From NCBI GenBank assembly GCA_964446235.1, contig CAYUNW010000004.1, forward strand, positions 141 to 64,140: a stretch of DNA of 64,000 bases. The letters are read 5' to 3'. Shown here piece by piece: positions 9,533-18,393 of the stretch. How positions within the stretch are numbered: the first letter of the stretch is position 1; each line of letters begins with the position of its first letter. The position numbers were made by a program, and so were the translations under genes. The DNA is from an uncultured Gammaproteobacteria bacterium. Its GTDB lineage: Bacteria > Patescibacteriota > Microgenomatia > 2-02-FULL-39-11. The notes under the pieces were generated by a model. That model ran no database searches and was not told where the DNA came from. It saw nothing but the letters and a program-made list of their open reading frames with translations.

Positions 9533-11221
9533 TTAATTTGTATCAACAACTTCTGTGGCTGTATCAAAAGAAATCTTTGATTTATATTTTTTCATTCTTA
9601 TCCAAAATTTACCCAATAAAGACAATTCCTTAACCTCTAAAAACCAGGAAGAAAATATATAGACAATAAAACCAAAAAAAGTTGATATTGTTGTTAACAT
9701 AAGTAAACTAAATGTTTTTGTTGTATCAAAAACCAACTGATCCAATAATTTAATAGGGATATAAAGCGAAATTGCTGTTATCATTCCTGATAAAAAAATT
9801 TTTACTGCCGGAATAATCAGTTCATATTTGCTGAAATAACCAATCTTTTTATCAAGAAATAATAACAAAAGAACCATATTTATAATACTTGCAATTGACG
9901 CTGACAAACCTAAACCCCAAACATCTAAATGATAATAATTGATAAATATGACCGACAATAATGCATTTATCGAAACGGATATACCGCCAATTATCACCGG
10001 AGTTTTTGTATCCTGTACAGCATAAAATCCTCTAGCTAAAAGATGAACAAGTGATTGCGCAAATAAAGATATACTAAAATATGCCAAAGTTTTACCTGTA
10101 ATTACCGTTGTGTTCCAATCAAATAAAGTTGATGAACCAAAAACAAGTCTAACTATCGGAATTCTTAATACAATTAATAATGCTGAAAAGGGTACTACCA
10201 AAAATAATATTTGATGGAAAGACGTTATAAGTATGCTTTTATACTCATTAAGTTTATTTTCGGAATGTAAAGAAGATAATGTAGGTAAACTTGCCTGAGC
10301 GATACTTGCTCCAAATAATCCGATTGGAAGCTGTTGTAAATGCTGTGCTAAATTAAATGCAGTTACTGCTGAAGCACCAAGAAGAGTGGCTAAAATCAAA
10401 TCCACTGTTGTATCTATTTGAGATACTGCAAGTCCTAAAGTCCTTGGTAACATCAATTTACCAATATCTTTAACACCTTTATTTTTATAATCGAATGAAA
10501 ATTTATACCGATAACCAAATTGGATTACCGGATAAATTTGTATTGTCAAAAATATTATGGCACCTAAAACTACCCCAAACACCGGAGCAAAAAGACCTAT
10601 AAATGGTGAAAAAATAATTATTGAGATTAATATTCCAAAATTATAAGCAACTGGAGCTAGAGCAGGCGTAATAAAATTTTGGTGGGATTGCAAAATCCCT
10701 GTAATAAAATTTCCGACTAATAATGGCGCAACCTGTCCTAATAACATTATTCTGGTAAAAATAACCATAGTATTAATCTGATGAGATGAAAAACCAGGAG
10801 CTAGCACTTGAGAAATTTCTTTTGTAAATAAAATTAATGGTAATGAAGTTATTAATAAGATTAAAACGCCAATATTTATTACAGAGTTAGCAATGTTATT
10901 CGCTTGATCTGTTCCTTTTTTTAAATAAAAAGTAAATACCGGTATAAATGCGGTAGCTAATGCTCCCATAACCAATAATTCAAAAATCATATTTGGAATT
11001 CTGAACGCAGCGTAATATACACCTAGCTCTTCAGGAGTAAACCTTGCAGCTAGCAGTCTATCTCTAAATAATCCCAAAATTCTGGAAAGGAACACCATTA
11101 ACATTATTATTGTAGCTGCTGAAATAATATTACTCTGCCTAATATAAAGTAATTTGACTGTGTTTTTTATTAGCTTGACCATAGATAACTTATCTAGTAT
11201 ACTACGGCACATGCCAGTCAC
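9533..11221 (-). CDS. murJ: lipid II flippase MurJ (MviN family)
   Basis: Polytopic membrane protein with the MurJ N-terminal signature SAATIIMLMVFLSRILGLFRDRLLAARF. The real start may be Met14 (11182), because the longer ORF runs through the rpsT promoter. Confidence 0.85.
   Translation of the reverse strand: MTGMCRSILDKLSMVKLIKNTVKLLYIRQSNIISAATIIMLMVFLSRILGLFRDRLLAARFTPEELGVYYAAFRIPNMIFELLVMGALATAFIPVFTFYLKKGTDQANNIANSVINIGVLILLITSLPLILFTKEISQVLAPGFSSHQINTMVIFTRIMLLGQVAPLLVGNFITGILQSHQNFITPALAPVAYNFGILISIIIFSPFIGLFAPVFGVVLGAIIFLTIQIYPVIQFGYRYKFSFDYKNKGVKDIGKLMLPRTLGLAVSQIDTTVDLILATLLGASAVTAFNLAQHLQQLPIGLFGASIAQASLPTLSSLHSENKLNEYKSILITSFHQILFLVVPFSALLIVLRIPIVRLVFGSSTLFDWNTTVITGKTLAYFSISLFAQSLVHLLARGFYAVQDTKTPVIIGGISVSINALLSVIFINYYHLDVWGLGLSASIASIINMVLLLLFLDKKIGYFSKYELIIPAVKIFLSGMITAISLYIPIKLLDQLVFDTTKTFSLLMLTTISTFFGFIVYIFSSWFLEVKELSLLGKFWIRMKKYKSKISFDTATEVVDTN
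11175..11203 (+). promoter_or_regulatory. sigma70-type promoter of rpsT (TTGACC-N17-TATACT)
   Basis: TTGACC 11175..11180, a 17-nt spacer, TATACT 11198..11203. The ATG at 11211 is 7 nt after the -10 with no Shine-Dalgarno in between. Confidence 0.6.
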
Positions 11222-11504
11222 AAAATCAGCGAAAAAGAAACTTAATCAGGATAAAAAACGTACAATCGTCAATCTTATTATTAAAAAAAATCTAAAAGAA
11301 GTAGTAAAAAAATTCCTTAAAAATCCTGATCCTACTAAGTTAAAAATTGCTTTCAGTAAAATAGATATAGCTTCAAAAAAAAATATTATTCATAAAAATA
11401 AAGCTAATAGGATCAAAACAAGGTTATCAAAGAAATTAGTATTATCTAGTCCAAAAAAATCTTTATCAGATAAAAAATCCCCAAAAAAAAGATCCTCAAA
11501 ATAA
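11211..11504 (+). CDS. rpsT: 30S ribosomal protein S20 with Lys-rich C-terminal tail
   Basis: MPVTKSAKKKLNQDKKRTIVN is the S20 N-terminal signature. The listed ORF start (11154) is an upstream extension through the promoter. Confidence 0.85.
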   Translation: MPVTKSAKKKLNQDKKRTIVNLIIKKNLKEVVKKFLKNPDPTKLKIAFSKIDIASKKNIIHKNKANRIKTRLSKKLVLSSPKKSLSDKKSPKKRSSK

Positions 11505-11530
11505 CCACAATAGAGTGTATAATATTATAG

Positions 11531-12088
11531 ATGCCCGAAAAAAGAAAAAAGATAAATATCAACCTCATTATTAAAAAAGATGAGGATATAAATTATTCAG
11601 GACAATTATTATCCTGGGCTATTAAATACGGCAGATATATAATCATTCTTACTCAAATTTTTGTTTTGTCTGTATTCTTTTTGAGATTTAAACTCGATAG
11701 AGATCACACTGATTTAAAAGATTCTGTTACCCAAAAACAAGCAATTGTTGAATCAATAACAGATTTAGAAACCGAAATCAAACATGTTCAAAATGTCATT
11801 TCACATGTTAAAGAAATCACGTCAAATCAAGATTTAATCCAAAAAATTGTTTTTCTGTTAGAACAGATTACACCTTCAGATATGATCTATTCGAAATTAT
11901 CCATAACAAATCAGGAAATAAGTTTTGAAGCTTCGGCGTTAAATCTTAAAAGTTTTAATTATCTTTTAAAAAAATTGTTATCCGAAAATAAATTTTCAGA
12001 TATCACCTTAACATCTATTACAAGACGAATAGATGGTAGAATCGAATTTTCATTAAGTGCAAAAATTAATAAATCGGGTTTTATTTAA
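11531..12088 (+). CDS. PilN-like type IV pilus assembly membrane protein
   Basis: Short basic cytoplasmic N-terminus, one TM helix, a coiled coil, then a C-terminal alpha/beta region in a PilN-like arrangement. Followed by a PilO-like gene. Confidence 0.4.
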   Translation: MPEKRKKININLIIKKDEDINYSGQLLSWAIKYGRYIIILTQIFVLSVFFLRFKLDRDHTDLKDSVTQKQAIVESITDLETEIKHVQNVISHVKEITSNQDLIQKIVFLLEQITPSDMIYSKLSITNQEISFEASALNLKSFNYLLKKLLSENKFSDITLTSITRRIDGRIEFSLSAKINKSGFI

Positions 12089-12089
12089 T

Positions 12090-12713
12090 ATGTTAAAACA
12101 AAAATCACCAGTATTTTTTCGATCGGCTACTCTTACCAGGTTCAAATCCAAATTTGAACCTGTGGTAAAAAATAAAAAAACACACTCATATTTTACATTA
12201 ACTATATCCTTCTTTACATTAACTTTTTTTATCTTATTCGCTATTCGGCCTACTCTTCTTACAGCGGTAAACTTAACCAAAAAAGTTTCAGATTTAAAAA
12301 AACTCAATATTGATTATGAAAACAAAATTGGAAATATCATCTTAGCTCAGATTGAGTACGAACAAATAAGAGAAAATTTGATATATGTTGAAGACGCCTT
12401 ACCAAAATCGTCATCATTTCATTCATTTGCTAGAAGAATTGAGGAGTTTGCAAATCAATCTGATTTATCTATCAGTCAATTTTCTATTGATCCTGTTCCT
12501 GTAACTAAACCAAATTCTACTGGTCAATATTTCGGTTATGGATTTTCTATTACAGGAATAGGAGCATATGAAGATATATTTGATTTTATTTCTCACTTAA
12601 CAAACTGGAGAAGAATCGTTACAATAGAAAACCTTGATATATCAAGGCAAAGCGGCACTGTAAGTGGTCAATTAAGAATGAACTTAAAAGGAAAAACATA
12701 TTATGAACCGTAA
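12090..12713 (+). CDS. PilO-like type IV pilus assembly membrane protein
   Basis: One TM helix, a coiled coil (KKVSDLKKLNIDYENKIGNI...) and a ferredoxin-like C-terminus (YGFSITGIGAYEDIFDFISHL...IENLDI). I prefer the ATG at 12090, which overlaps the upstream TAA as TAATATG, over the listed 12057. Confidence 0.4.
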   Translation: MLKQKSPVFFRSATLTRFKSKFEPVVKNKKTHSYFTLTISFFTLTFFILFAIRPTLLTAVNLTKKVSDLKKLNIDYENKIGNIILAQIEYEQIRENLIYVEDALPKSSSFHSFARRIEEFANQSDLSISQFSIDPVPVTKPNSTGQYFGYGFSITGIGAYEDIFDFISHLTNWRRIVTIENLDISRQSGTVSGQLRMNLKGKTYYEP

Positions 12714-12891
12714 AGAACTTGCCTTAATCGCTATAGTCACTTTTATTACTGTAATCACCTGGATTGCATTTGATATTCATTTTACAAAATCTTCATCCAC
12801 AATAACGAATGAACAATATAAACAAGTGATCCAGATTACACCAGCATTTGATATGGATACTATAGATAGATTAACGAAAAGAGAAAATTAG
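12703..12891 (+). CDS. small single-pass membrane protein
   Basis: 62 aa with one TM helix. The start overlaps the upstream gene end, which suggests operon coupling. Confidence 0.35.
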   Translation: MNRKELALIAIVTFITVITWIAFDIHFTKSSSTITNEQYKQVIQITPAFDMDTIDRLTKREN

Positions 12892-12895
12892 CCCT

Positions 12896-14275
12896 ATGTA
12901 TAAAAAACAGAAAAGGCTCCCTACACCTTTAGCTTTATTGATAATAATATTTGGATTATCTAGTATGATTTATCTGGATAATCATTATACTTCTTTGACT
13001 ACTTCAGCTAATAAACCAATAATTCCATCTGAGATACGTATAACTAACGTATCCGATAGCTCTTTTTCAATAAATTATCTTACAAATAATGAAACTGCAT
13101 CTTCAATTGAGTTATCTAAAAATAAAAAAATCTATTTAGACGATTTGGATACGGACAATATATCCAGACCTAGATATACCCACATGATGACAATGAAAAA
13201 TCTATCAGCCAATGAATTGTATACTATTAAAATAATCCAAAAGGGTTGTAATTCAAAAGAATATTGCCCAGATATAAAACAAACTACAGGTCCTAAACTT
13301 GATAATTATCTTGAAATATCCCCTTTAAAAGGTAAAATCATCGCAGAAAACGGTCAACCAGCAGAAGGATCGATTGTCTATCTTATTTCAGATAAAATTT
13401 CTCCGCTTTCCACCAGAGTAGACAGTGCTGGTTTATGGATTATTCCTTTAAATAACCTTAGAACTACTGACCTTCTTTCCCGCCCTCAATTAACAGATGA
13501 AACTCAATTTTCTATTGAAATTGCTCAATCACCAGAAAGAAAGGCTTATGCAAAAATTGACTTTTCAACAATTAAATCTACAACTGATCTCCCTGTTATG
13601 CAAATAGGTCAATCATATGATTTTTTAAATTTTCAATCCAAAAATGATTTATATACAAAACAATCTACTAATGTTTTAGGTGATTCTGATTATCTTTCAA
13701 ACTTATCTAATTCAACCGAATTAAATAAACCTTTAGAAAAAATTGATATTATTTTCCCTAAAAAAGAACTAGATACTACTACAGATAAACAACCAAGATT
13801 AAGAGGTGTAGGAATTCCCAATACCGAACTTACAATTACCATCAACTCTATAACTCAATCAACAAAAATAAAAGTTAACAATGATGGAATATGGACTTAT
13901 AGGCCAAATATTCCTCTCAATCCAGGCATACATACAGTTACATTAACAGGGTTTGATGAAAATGGAAGATTGATTTCAATTAGTAAACAGTTCATTGTTT
14001 TAAAAAGCGGTGAACAAGTATTAGGAGATTCTACCCCGTCAGCATCACTTACTCCAACAGGTTCTAACATATCTCCAACAGCTAGTATTTCTTCCACGCC
14101 AATTCCTTCATTAATACCCAGTATTACACTCCAACCCACAAACAGACCTACTTATCCTCCTCCTACAATAGGAATATCACCTCCACCAACCGGAAATTCG
14201 AATGCATTATTATTATTTGTTACTGGTGCAACCGGAATTCTTCTTTTAGGAGTAAGCATCTTTACTCTATTATAG
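12896..14275 (+). CDS. large surface protein (FN3-like, CarboxypepD_reg-like and Ig-like modules; S/T/P-rich stalk; C-terminal TM anchor)
   Basis: N-terminal signal anchor. PSEIRITNVSDSSFSINYLT (FN3-like). GKIIAENGQPAEGSIVYL (carboxypeptidase-regulatory-like). Ig-like TELTITINS...GIHTVTLTGFDENG. A Pro/Thr/Ser-rich linker, then PPPTG followed by a terminal hydrophobic helix. Confidence 0.5.
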   Translation: MYKKQKRLPTPLALLIIIFGLSSMIYLDNHYTSLTTSANKPIIPSEIRITNVSDSSFSINYLTNNETASSIELSKNKKIYLDDLDTDNISRPRYTHMMTMKNLSANELYTIKIIQKGCNSKEYCPDIKQTTGPKLDNYLEISPLKGKIIAENGQPAEGSIVYLISDKISPLSTRVDSAGLWIIPLNNLRTTDLLSRPQLTDETQFSIEIAQSPERKAYAKIDFSTIKSTTDLPVMQIGQSYDFLNFQSKNDLYTKQSTNVLGDSDYLSNLSNSTELNKPLEKIDIIFPKKELDTTTDKQPRLRGVGIPNTELTITINSITQSTKIKVNNDGIWTYRPNIPLNPGIHTVTLTGFDENGRLISISKQFIVLKSGEQVLGDSTPSASLTPTGSNISPTASISSTPIPSLIPSITLQPTNRPTYPPPTIGISPPPTGNSNALLLFVTGATGILLLGVSIFTLL

Positions 14276-14292
14276 ATTTACTGATCATTCAA

Positions 14293-15387
14293 TTAATTCA
14301 GGCTACAATTTGAATAGATGCTACATTTTATATATTCATGTATTTGAGAAAAATCCTTTGAAATCGGTATCAAAACCCACTGACCGTCATATTCCTCAGT
14401 ATTTGGATGAATTAGTAATCCTCCATCTTGCATCTCATTTTTTACATCTGTAAGATTTACGGTTTTGATGTTATTTTCATTTAATCCATAAAGATATTTA
14501 CCTAAAATTAATAGTTCAGTTAAATTTAAATCAGTCTTTATGTATTCTTTTCCAATCATGTATAAAGGTATCAATTTTTTTACTTTTTGAACCAACGATA
14601 TTTTATTAAATTTATTTTTCAAAGCTTTTATGACCTGTTGTTGTCTTATACTTCTAGCAAAATCAGTGCCTTGATCATTATTTGCTTTTCTACTTCTAAC
14701 ATATTTCAATGCTGTTTTGCCGTCCATAAATTTCCATCCTTTTTCAAAAACAACAATTTCATACCTACATGCTAATGAAGCGCTTTCGTTACATATTTCG
14801 TTTTCTTTCCCAACAATTGGATATTTATCATCTATAAATCCTTCTTCTATAAAAACATCAACGCCCCCAAACAAATCAATTATTTTTTCAAAAGCGGTAA
14901 AATCCATTAATATAGAATACGGAATAGGTTGTCCTACAACTTCTTCTACAGTCGATTTGGCCATTATTAATCCCCCGTTTTCCTTTTTTTTCTCACCGTA
15001 ATAGTACGCTGTGTTTATCTTTGCTTTTAAACTGGGTATCCATAAATCCCTTGGGATTGAAGTTAAATAAGCTTTTTTATTTTCTAGATCGAAATTTAAA
15101 TAAATTATTGTATCGGTCAAATCAGCTCCATCTGAATTATCCCCAGAAATCCCAAGAAGTATTATATTTACTTTGTTATCGTTGGTTTTAATAATTGATT
15201 TATTGTCTTTTAAAATTAACGTCTTTAATAAATTAAAGTTTATTCCATTATTACCTAAAGTGTTTATGAAAGGTAATAAATAACTATAAAAAAATACTAT
15301 AAAAAAAACCAGAGAAATAACTGGAAGTAGATAGATTAATGGTTTACGAAATTTAATAAATTTACGGTTAATGTTTCTTAATCGCAT
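14293..15387 (-). CDS. LytR-CpsA-Psr (LCP) family cell-wall glycopolymer ligase
   Basis: N-terminal TM helix. LCP core NIILLGISGD...DLTDTIIYLNFDLENKKAYLTSIPRDLWIP and ALKYVRSRK. Confidence 0.8.
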   Translation of the reverse strand: MRLRNINRKFIKFRKPLIYLLPVISLVFFIVFFYSYLLPFINTLGNNGINFNLLKTLILKDNKSIIKTNDNKVNIILLGISGDNSDGADLTDTIIYLNFDLENKKAYLTSIPRDLWIPSLKAKINTAYYYGEKKKENGGLIMAKSTVEEVVGQPIPYSILMDFTAFEKIIDLFGGVDVFIEEGFIDDKYPIVGKENEICNESASLACRYEIVVFEKGWKFMDGKTALKYVRSRKANNDQGTDFARSIRQQQVIKALKNKFNKISLVQKVKKLIPLYMIGKEYIKTDLNLTELLILGKYLYGLNENNIKTVNLTDVKNEMQDGGLLIHPNTEEYDGQWVLIPISKDFSQIHEYIKCSIYSNCSLN

Positions 15388-16063
15388 TTAGAATATTTAT
15401 AATCAAATCCCAAAAAGATAACACTTCCAAACTTGCACCACCAGGTAAAACACCATCGATTGACTTATTGTTAATGTAATCAGCCACATTGTCCTTATTC
15501 ACGCTTCCGCCATATATTCCAAGTTGATCTTTTTCAGTTTTAATTTCTGATAATATTTTTGCGGCATTTTCAGGTAACTCAGCTTCTCCACTACCTATCG
15601 CCCAAACAGGTTCATAAGCGATAACTGAAACTCCTTCAGGAACAAAATCATTTTTTCCTGATATGCAGTAAACGGGTGTTAATCCATATTTAATTGCCTG
15701 TATTGTTTTTTTATTAAGTATTTCATTATCTTCACGAAAATATTTCCTTCTTTCTGAATGTCCTATAAGAACAAATTTTACATAATCGACCACTTGAGAA
15801 GCAGAAACTTCACCCGTGTAAGCACCCTGTTCATATGGAGATAAATTTTGAACTCCTAACTTTAATGGCAACTCGTTTTTTCTAATAAATTCCGACATTA
15901 TTTCAAGGTGTATGTAAGAGGGGCAAATTACAATCTCTAATTCATTGAATGTATTTTTACTTTTTTGCGAAATAATATTTTTAAAATCATTTAACCATTT
16001 CTTAACATCACTAATATTTTTATTACTTTTCCAATTACCAATAATAATTTTCTTTTTTGTCAT
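15368..16063 (-). CDS. tpiA: triose-phosphate isomerase
   Basis: IIGNWKSNK, IGHSERR and AYEPVWAIGSG. The ATG at 16063 (MTKKKIIIGNWK) is preferred over the listed TTG at 16075. Confidence 0.92.
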   Translation of the reverse strand: MTKKKIIIGNWKSNKNISDVKKWLNDFKNIISQKSKNTFNELEIVICPSYIHLEIMSEFIRKNELPLKLGVQNLSPYEQGAYTGEVSASQVVDYVKFVLIGHSERRKYFREDNEILNKKTIQAIKYGLTPVYCISGKNDFVPEGVSVIAYEPVWAIGSGEAELPENAAKILSEIKTEKDQLGIYGGSVNKDNVADYINNKSIDGVLPGGASLEVLSFWDLIINILNAIKKH

Positions 16064-16081
16064 AACTAGTAACAATTAAAC

Positions 16082-17950
16082 ATGAATATGTATGATATGA
16101 TTGTCTATTGTATCATGTCTACAGACTTTCTTTCATTATTAAATAAAGATCAAATTGAAGCTGTAACCTATTCAAATGGACCTTCGATAATATTGGCAGG
16201 AGCGGGATCCGGAAAAACCAAAGTGTTAACCTACAAGGCAGCATATTTAATATCAAATAAACATGTCAATCCCAATAATATTCTACTTTTAACATTTACA
16301 AATAAAGCTGCTGGGGAAATGTTAAAAAGGATAAATCATTTATTAGATAAAAAAAAATTTATCCAAAAACCTTATGCAGGTACATTCCACGCATTTTGTG
16401 CAAAATTTATAAGATGCGAAGGACAAATAATAGGTATTCCTAATAACTATGTAATTTATGATGAACAAGATAGTAAGGAGGCAATAAAAGATGCGATCAG
16501 AAAATTAAATATTGATTTAGAAAAATATTCCGTAGGGGCTATTAAATCATCTATATCACAAATAAAAAACGAAATGATCTCACCTGCTGATTATCTTTCT
16601 ATTGCAAAAGGTGCCTTTCAAGAAATAATTGCTAAGATTTATCCGCTTTATCAAAATATCCTAAAAGAAAGTTTCGCTTTGGATTTTGATGATCTTTTAC
16701 TTAAAACCGTATATATTTTAAATAAGAATCCAGATATTGCTAAAAAATACAGTAATAGGTATTTACAAATATTGGTTGACGAATATCAAGATACAAACAA
16801 AGCTCAGTACAAATTAATACTGTTACTATTAAAAAATCATCAGAATATCACTGTTGTTGGAGATGCATCTCAAAGTATTTATAGCTGGAGAGGAGCCGAT
16901 TATCAAAATATTATGAATTTTACAAATGATTTCAAAAATGCGAAAAGGTTTTATTTGGAACAAAATTATCGTTCGCATCAAAACATCTTAGACGCATCAA
17001 ATCAAGTTATATCAAAAAACAAATCACATCCTGTACTAAAATTATGGACAGATAAACCGGCAGGTCATCCAATAAAATTGTATCAAGCAGATAGTGAAGT
17101 AGATGAAAGTAATTTTATAGTTGAAGAATTTTGTAAACTAAAATCAGCAGACAAAAATTTAAAACTTTCAGACGTGGCTGTACTTTATAGAACTAATTCT
17201 CAAAGCAGAAATTTGGAAGAGGTATTACTTCATCAAGGCATTCCTTATATTCTATATGGTGGAATAAGATTTTACGAAAGAAAAGAAATCAAAGATATAA
17301 TTTCTTATCTCAGGTTAATTATAAATCCACTGGATAGAATTTCATATAATAGAGCAGAAAAAATCGGTAAAAAAAGACTAAAGGACTTTCTTGAATATCT
17401 GGAAATGCTCAATAAAGTAGAAAATTACCAAAACATGTCTACGCTTGAAATTCTTGATGGTATTTTAAAACACACAGCTTATCTTGATAAATTTGATAAA
17501 AATAATCCCATCGAATTCGAAAGGTTAGAAAATATTAAGGAGTTAAAATCGGTAGCAGCAGAATTTACTAAGTTAACAGATTTTTTGGAAAATATTGCTC
17601 TAGTTGAACAAGAAAGTCTATCTGATCATCCATATTTAAAAGTGTATTCAAATGACGCAATTAATTTGATGACGATACATGCTTCAAAAGGTTTAGAATT
17701 TAAAATAATATTTATGGTCGGTATGGAAGAAGGTTTATTTCCTCATTCAAAATCAATTTTTGATCCTTTTCAATTAGAAGAAGAAAGAAGGTTATGTTAC
17801 GTTGGAATGACCAGAGCAAAAGAGCATCTTTATCTTACCTATGCAAAAAAAAGGTTGTATTTTGGACAAATTTCCACTAATCAAACATCAAGATTCATTT
17901 CTGATATCTCAGAAAATCTAATTCAATTCACAGGCAAATACTTCATTTGA
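16082..17950 (+). CDS. UvrD/PcrA-family superfamily 1 DNA helicase (compact, 622 aa or less)
   Basis: AGAGSGKT Walker A, VDEYQDTN, the QSIYSWRGA motif, TIHASKGLEF and YVGMTRAK. An alternative start at 16115 (MSTDFLSLLN) is plausible. Confidence 0.85.
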   Translation: MNMYDMIVYCIMSTDFLSLLNKDQIEAVTYSNGPSIILAGAGSGKTKVLTYKAAYLISNKHVNPNNILLLTFTNKAAGEMLKRINHLLDKKKFIQKPYAGTFHAFCAKFIRCEGQIIGIPNNYVIYDEQDSKEAIKDAIRKLNIDLEKYSVGAIKSSISQIKNEMISPADYLSIAKGAFQEIIAKIYPLYQNILKESFALDFDDLLLKTVYILNKNPDIAKKYSNRYLQILVDEYQDTNKAQYKLILLLLKNHQNITVVGDASQSIYSWRGADYQNIMNFTNDFKNAKRFYLEQNYRSHQNILDASNQVISKNKSHPVLKLWTDKPAGHPIKLYQADSEVDESNFIVEEFCKLKSADKNLKLSDVAVLYRTNSQSRNLEEVLLHQGIPYILYGGIRFYERKEIKDIISYLRLIINPLDRISYNRAEKIGKKRLKDFLEYLEMLNKVENYQNMSTLEILDGILKHTAYLDKFDKNNPIEFERLENIKELKSVAAEFTKLTDFLENIALVEQESLSDHPYLKVYSNDAINLMTIHASKGLEFKIIFMVGMEEGLFPHSKSIFDPFQLEEERRLCYVGMTRAKEHLYLTYAKKRLYFGQISTNQTSRFISDISENLIQFTGKYFI

Positions 17951-18343
17951 GAAAGCACGGTAATTATAGTTCTGTCCGTTAAGATATAAAAGAATTTTAT
18001 AACCTATTCCCTCTTTTTTTGGAATTTCCCTACCACATTCAAATCCTGCATCAATATCCGCTACCGGTTCCACTTCTTCTACAAAGACATCTTCTTGATT
18101 AACGTTCTTGCTTTGGGCTAATTTCTCCCTGGCTAAAAATATATATTCTGCTTGACTAACTTCATTACCACTCTCAAGTTGAATATCTGAATTTGATTTA
18201 TCTTGAAGTACAATATCATGTATGACTTCAATAGATGATTTTTTATAATATGAATATACCAGATACAAAGATATTATAATCAAAATAATTACAGATATAA
18301 TTAAATATGATTTGACTGATTTACTCCTCTTCACCTTAGTCAT
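17918..18343 (-). CDS. hypothetical membrane-anchored protein
   Basis: 141 aa with an N-terminal TM helix and no recognisable domain. Its 3' end overlaps the helicase 3' end by 33 nt (convergent). Confidence 0.3.
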   Translation of the reverse strand: MTKVKRSKSVKSYLIISVIILIIISLYLVYSYYKKSSIEVIHDIVLQDKSNSDIQLESGNEVSQAEYIFLAREKLAQSKNVNQEDVFVEEVEPVADIDAGFECGREIPKKEGIGYKILLYLNGQNYNYRAFSNEVFACELN

Positions 18344-18393
18344 GTCTATTTATATGGTAACATTATTTTAATTTCAGTCAAATCATACTAACT

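Noticed and set aside
14180-14275. Canonical LPXTG sortase sorting signal on the 459-aa surface protein.
   Set aside because: The motif is PPPTG, not LPXTG, and the hydrophobic segment runs to the stop codon with no positively charged tail. I treat it as a simple C-terminal membrane anchor unless a matching sortase is found.
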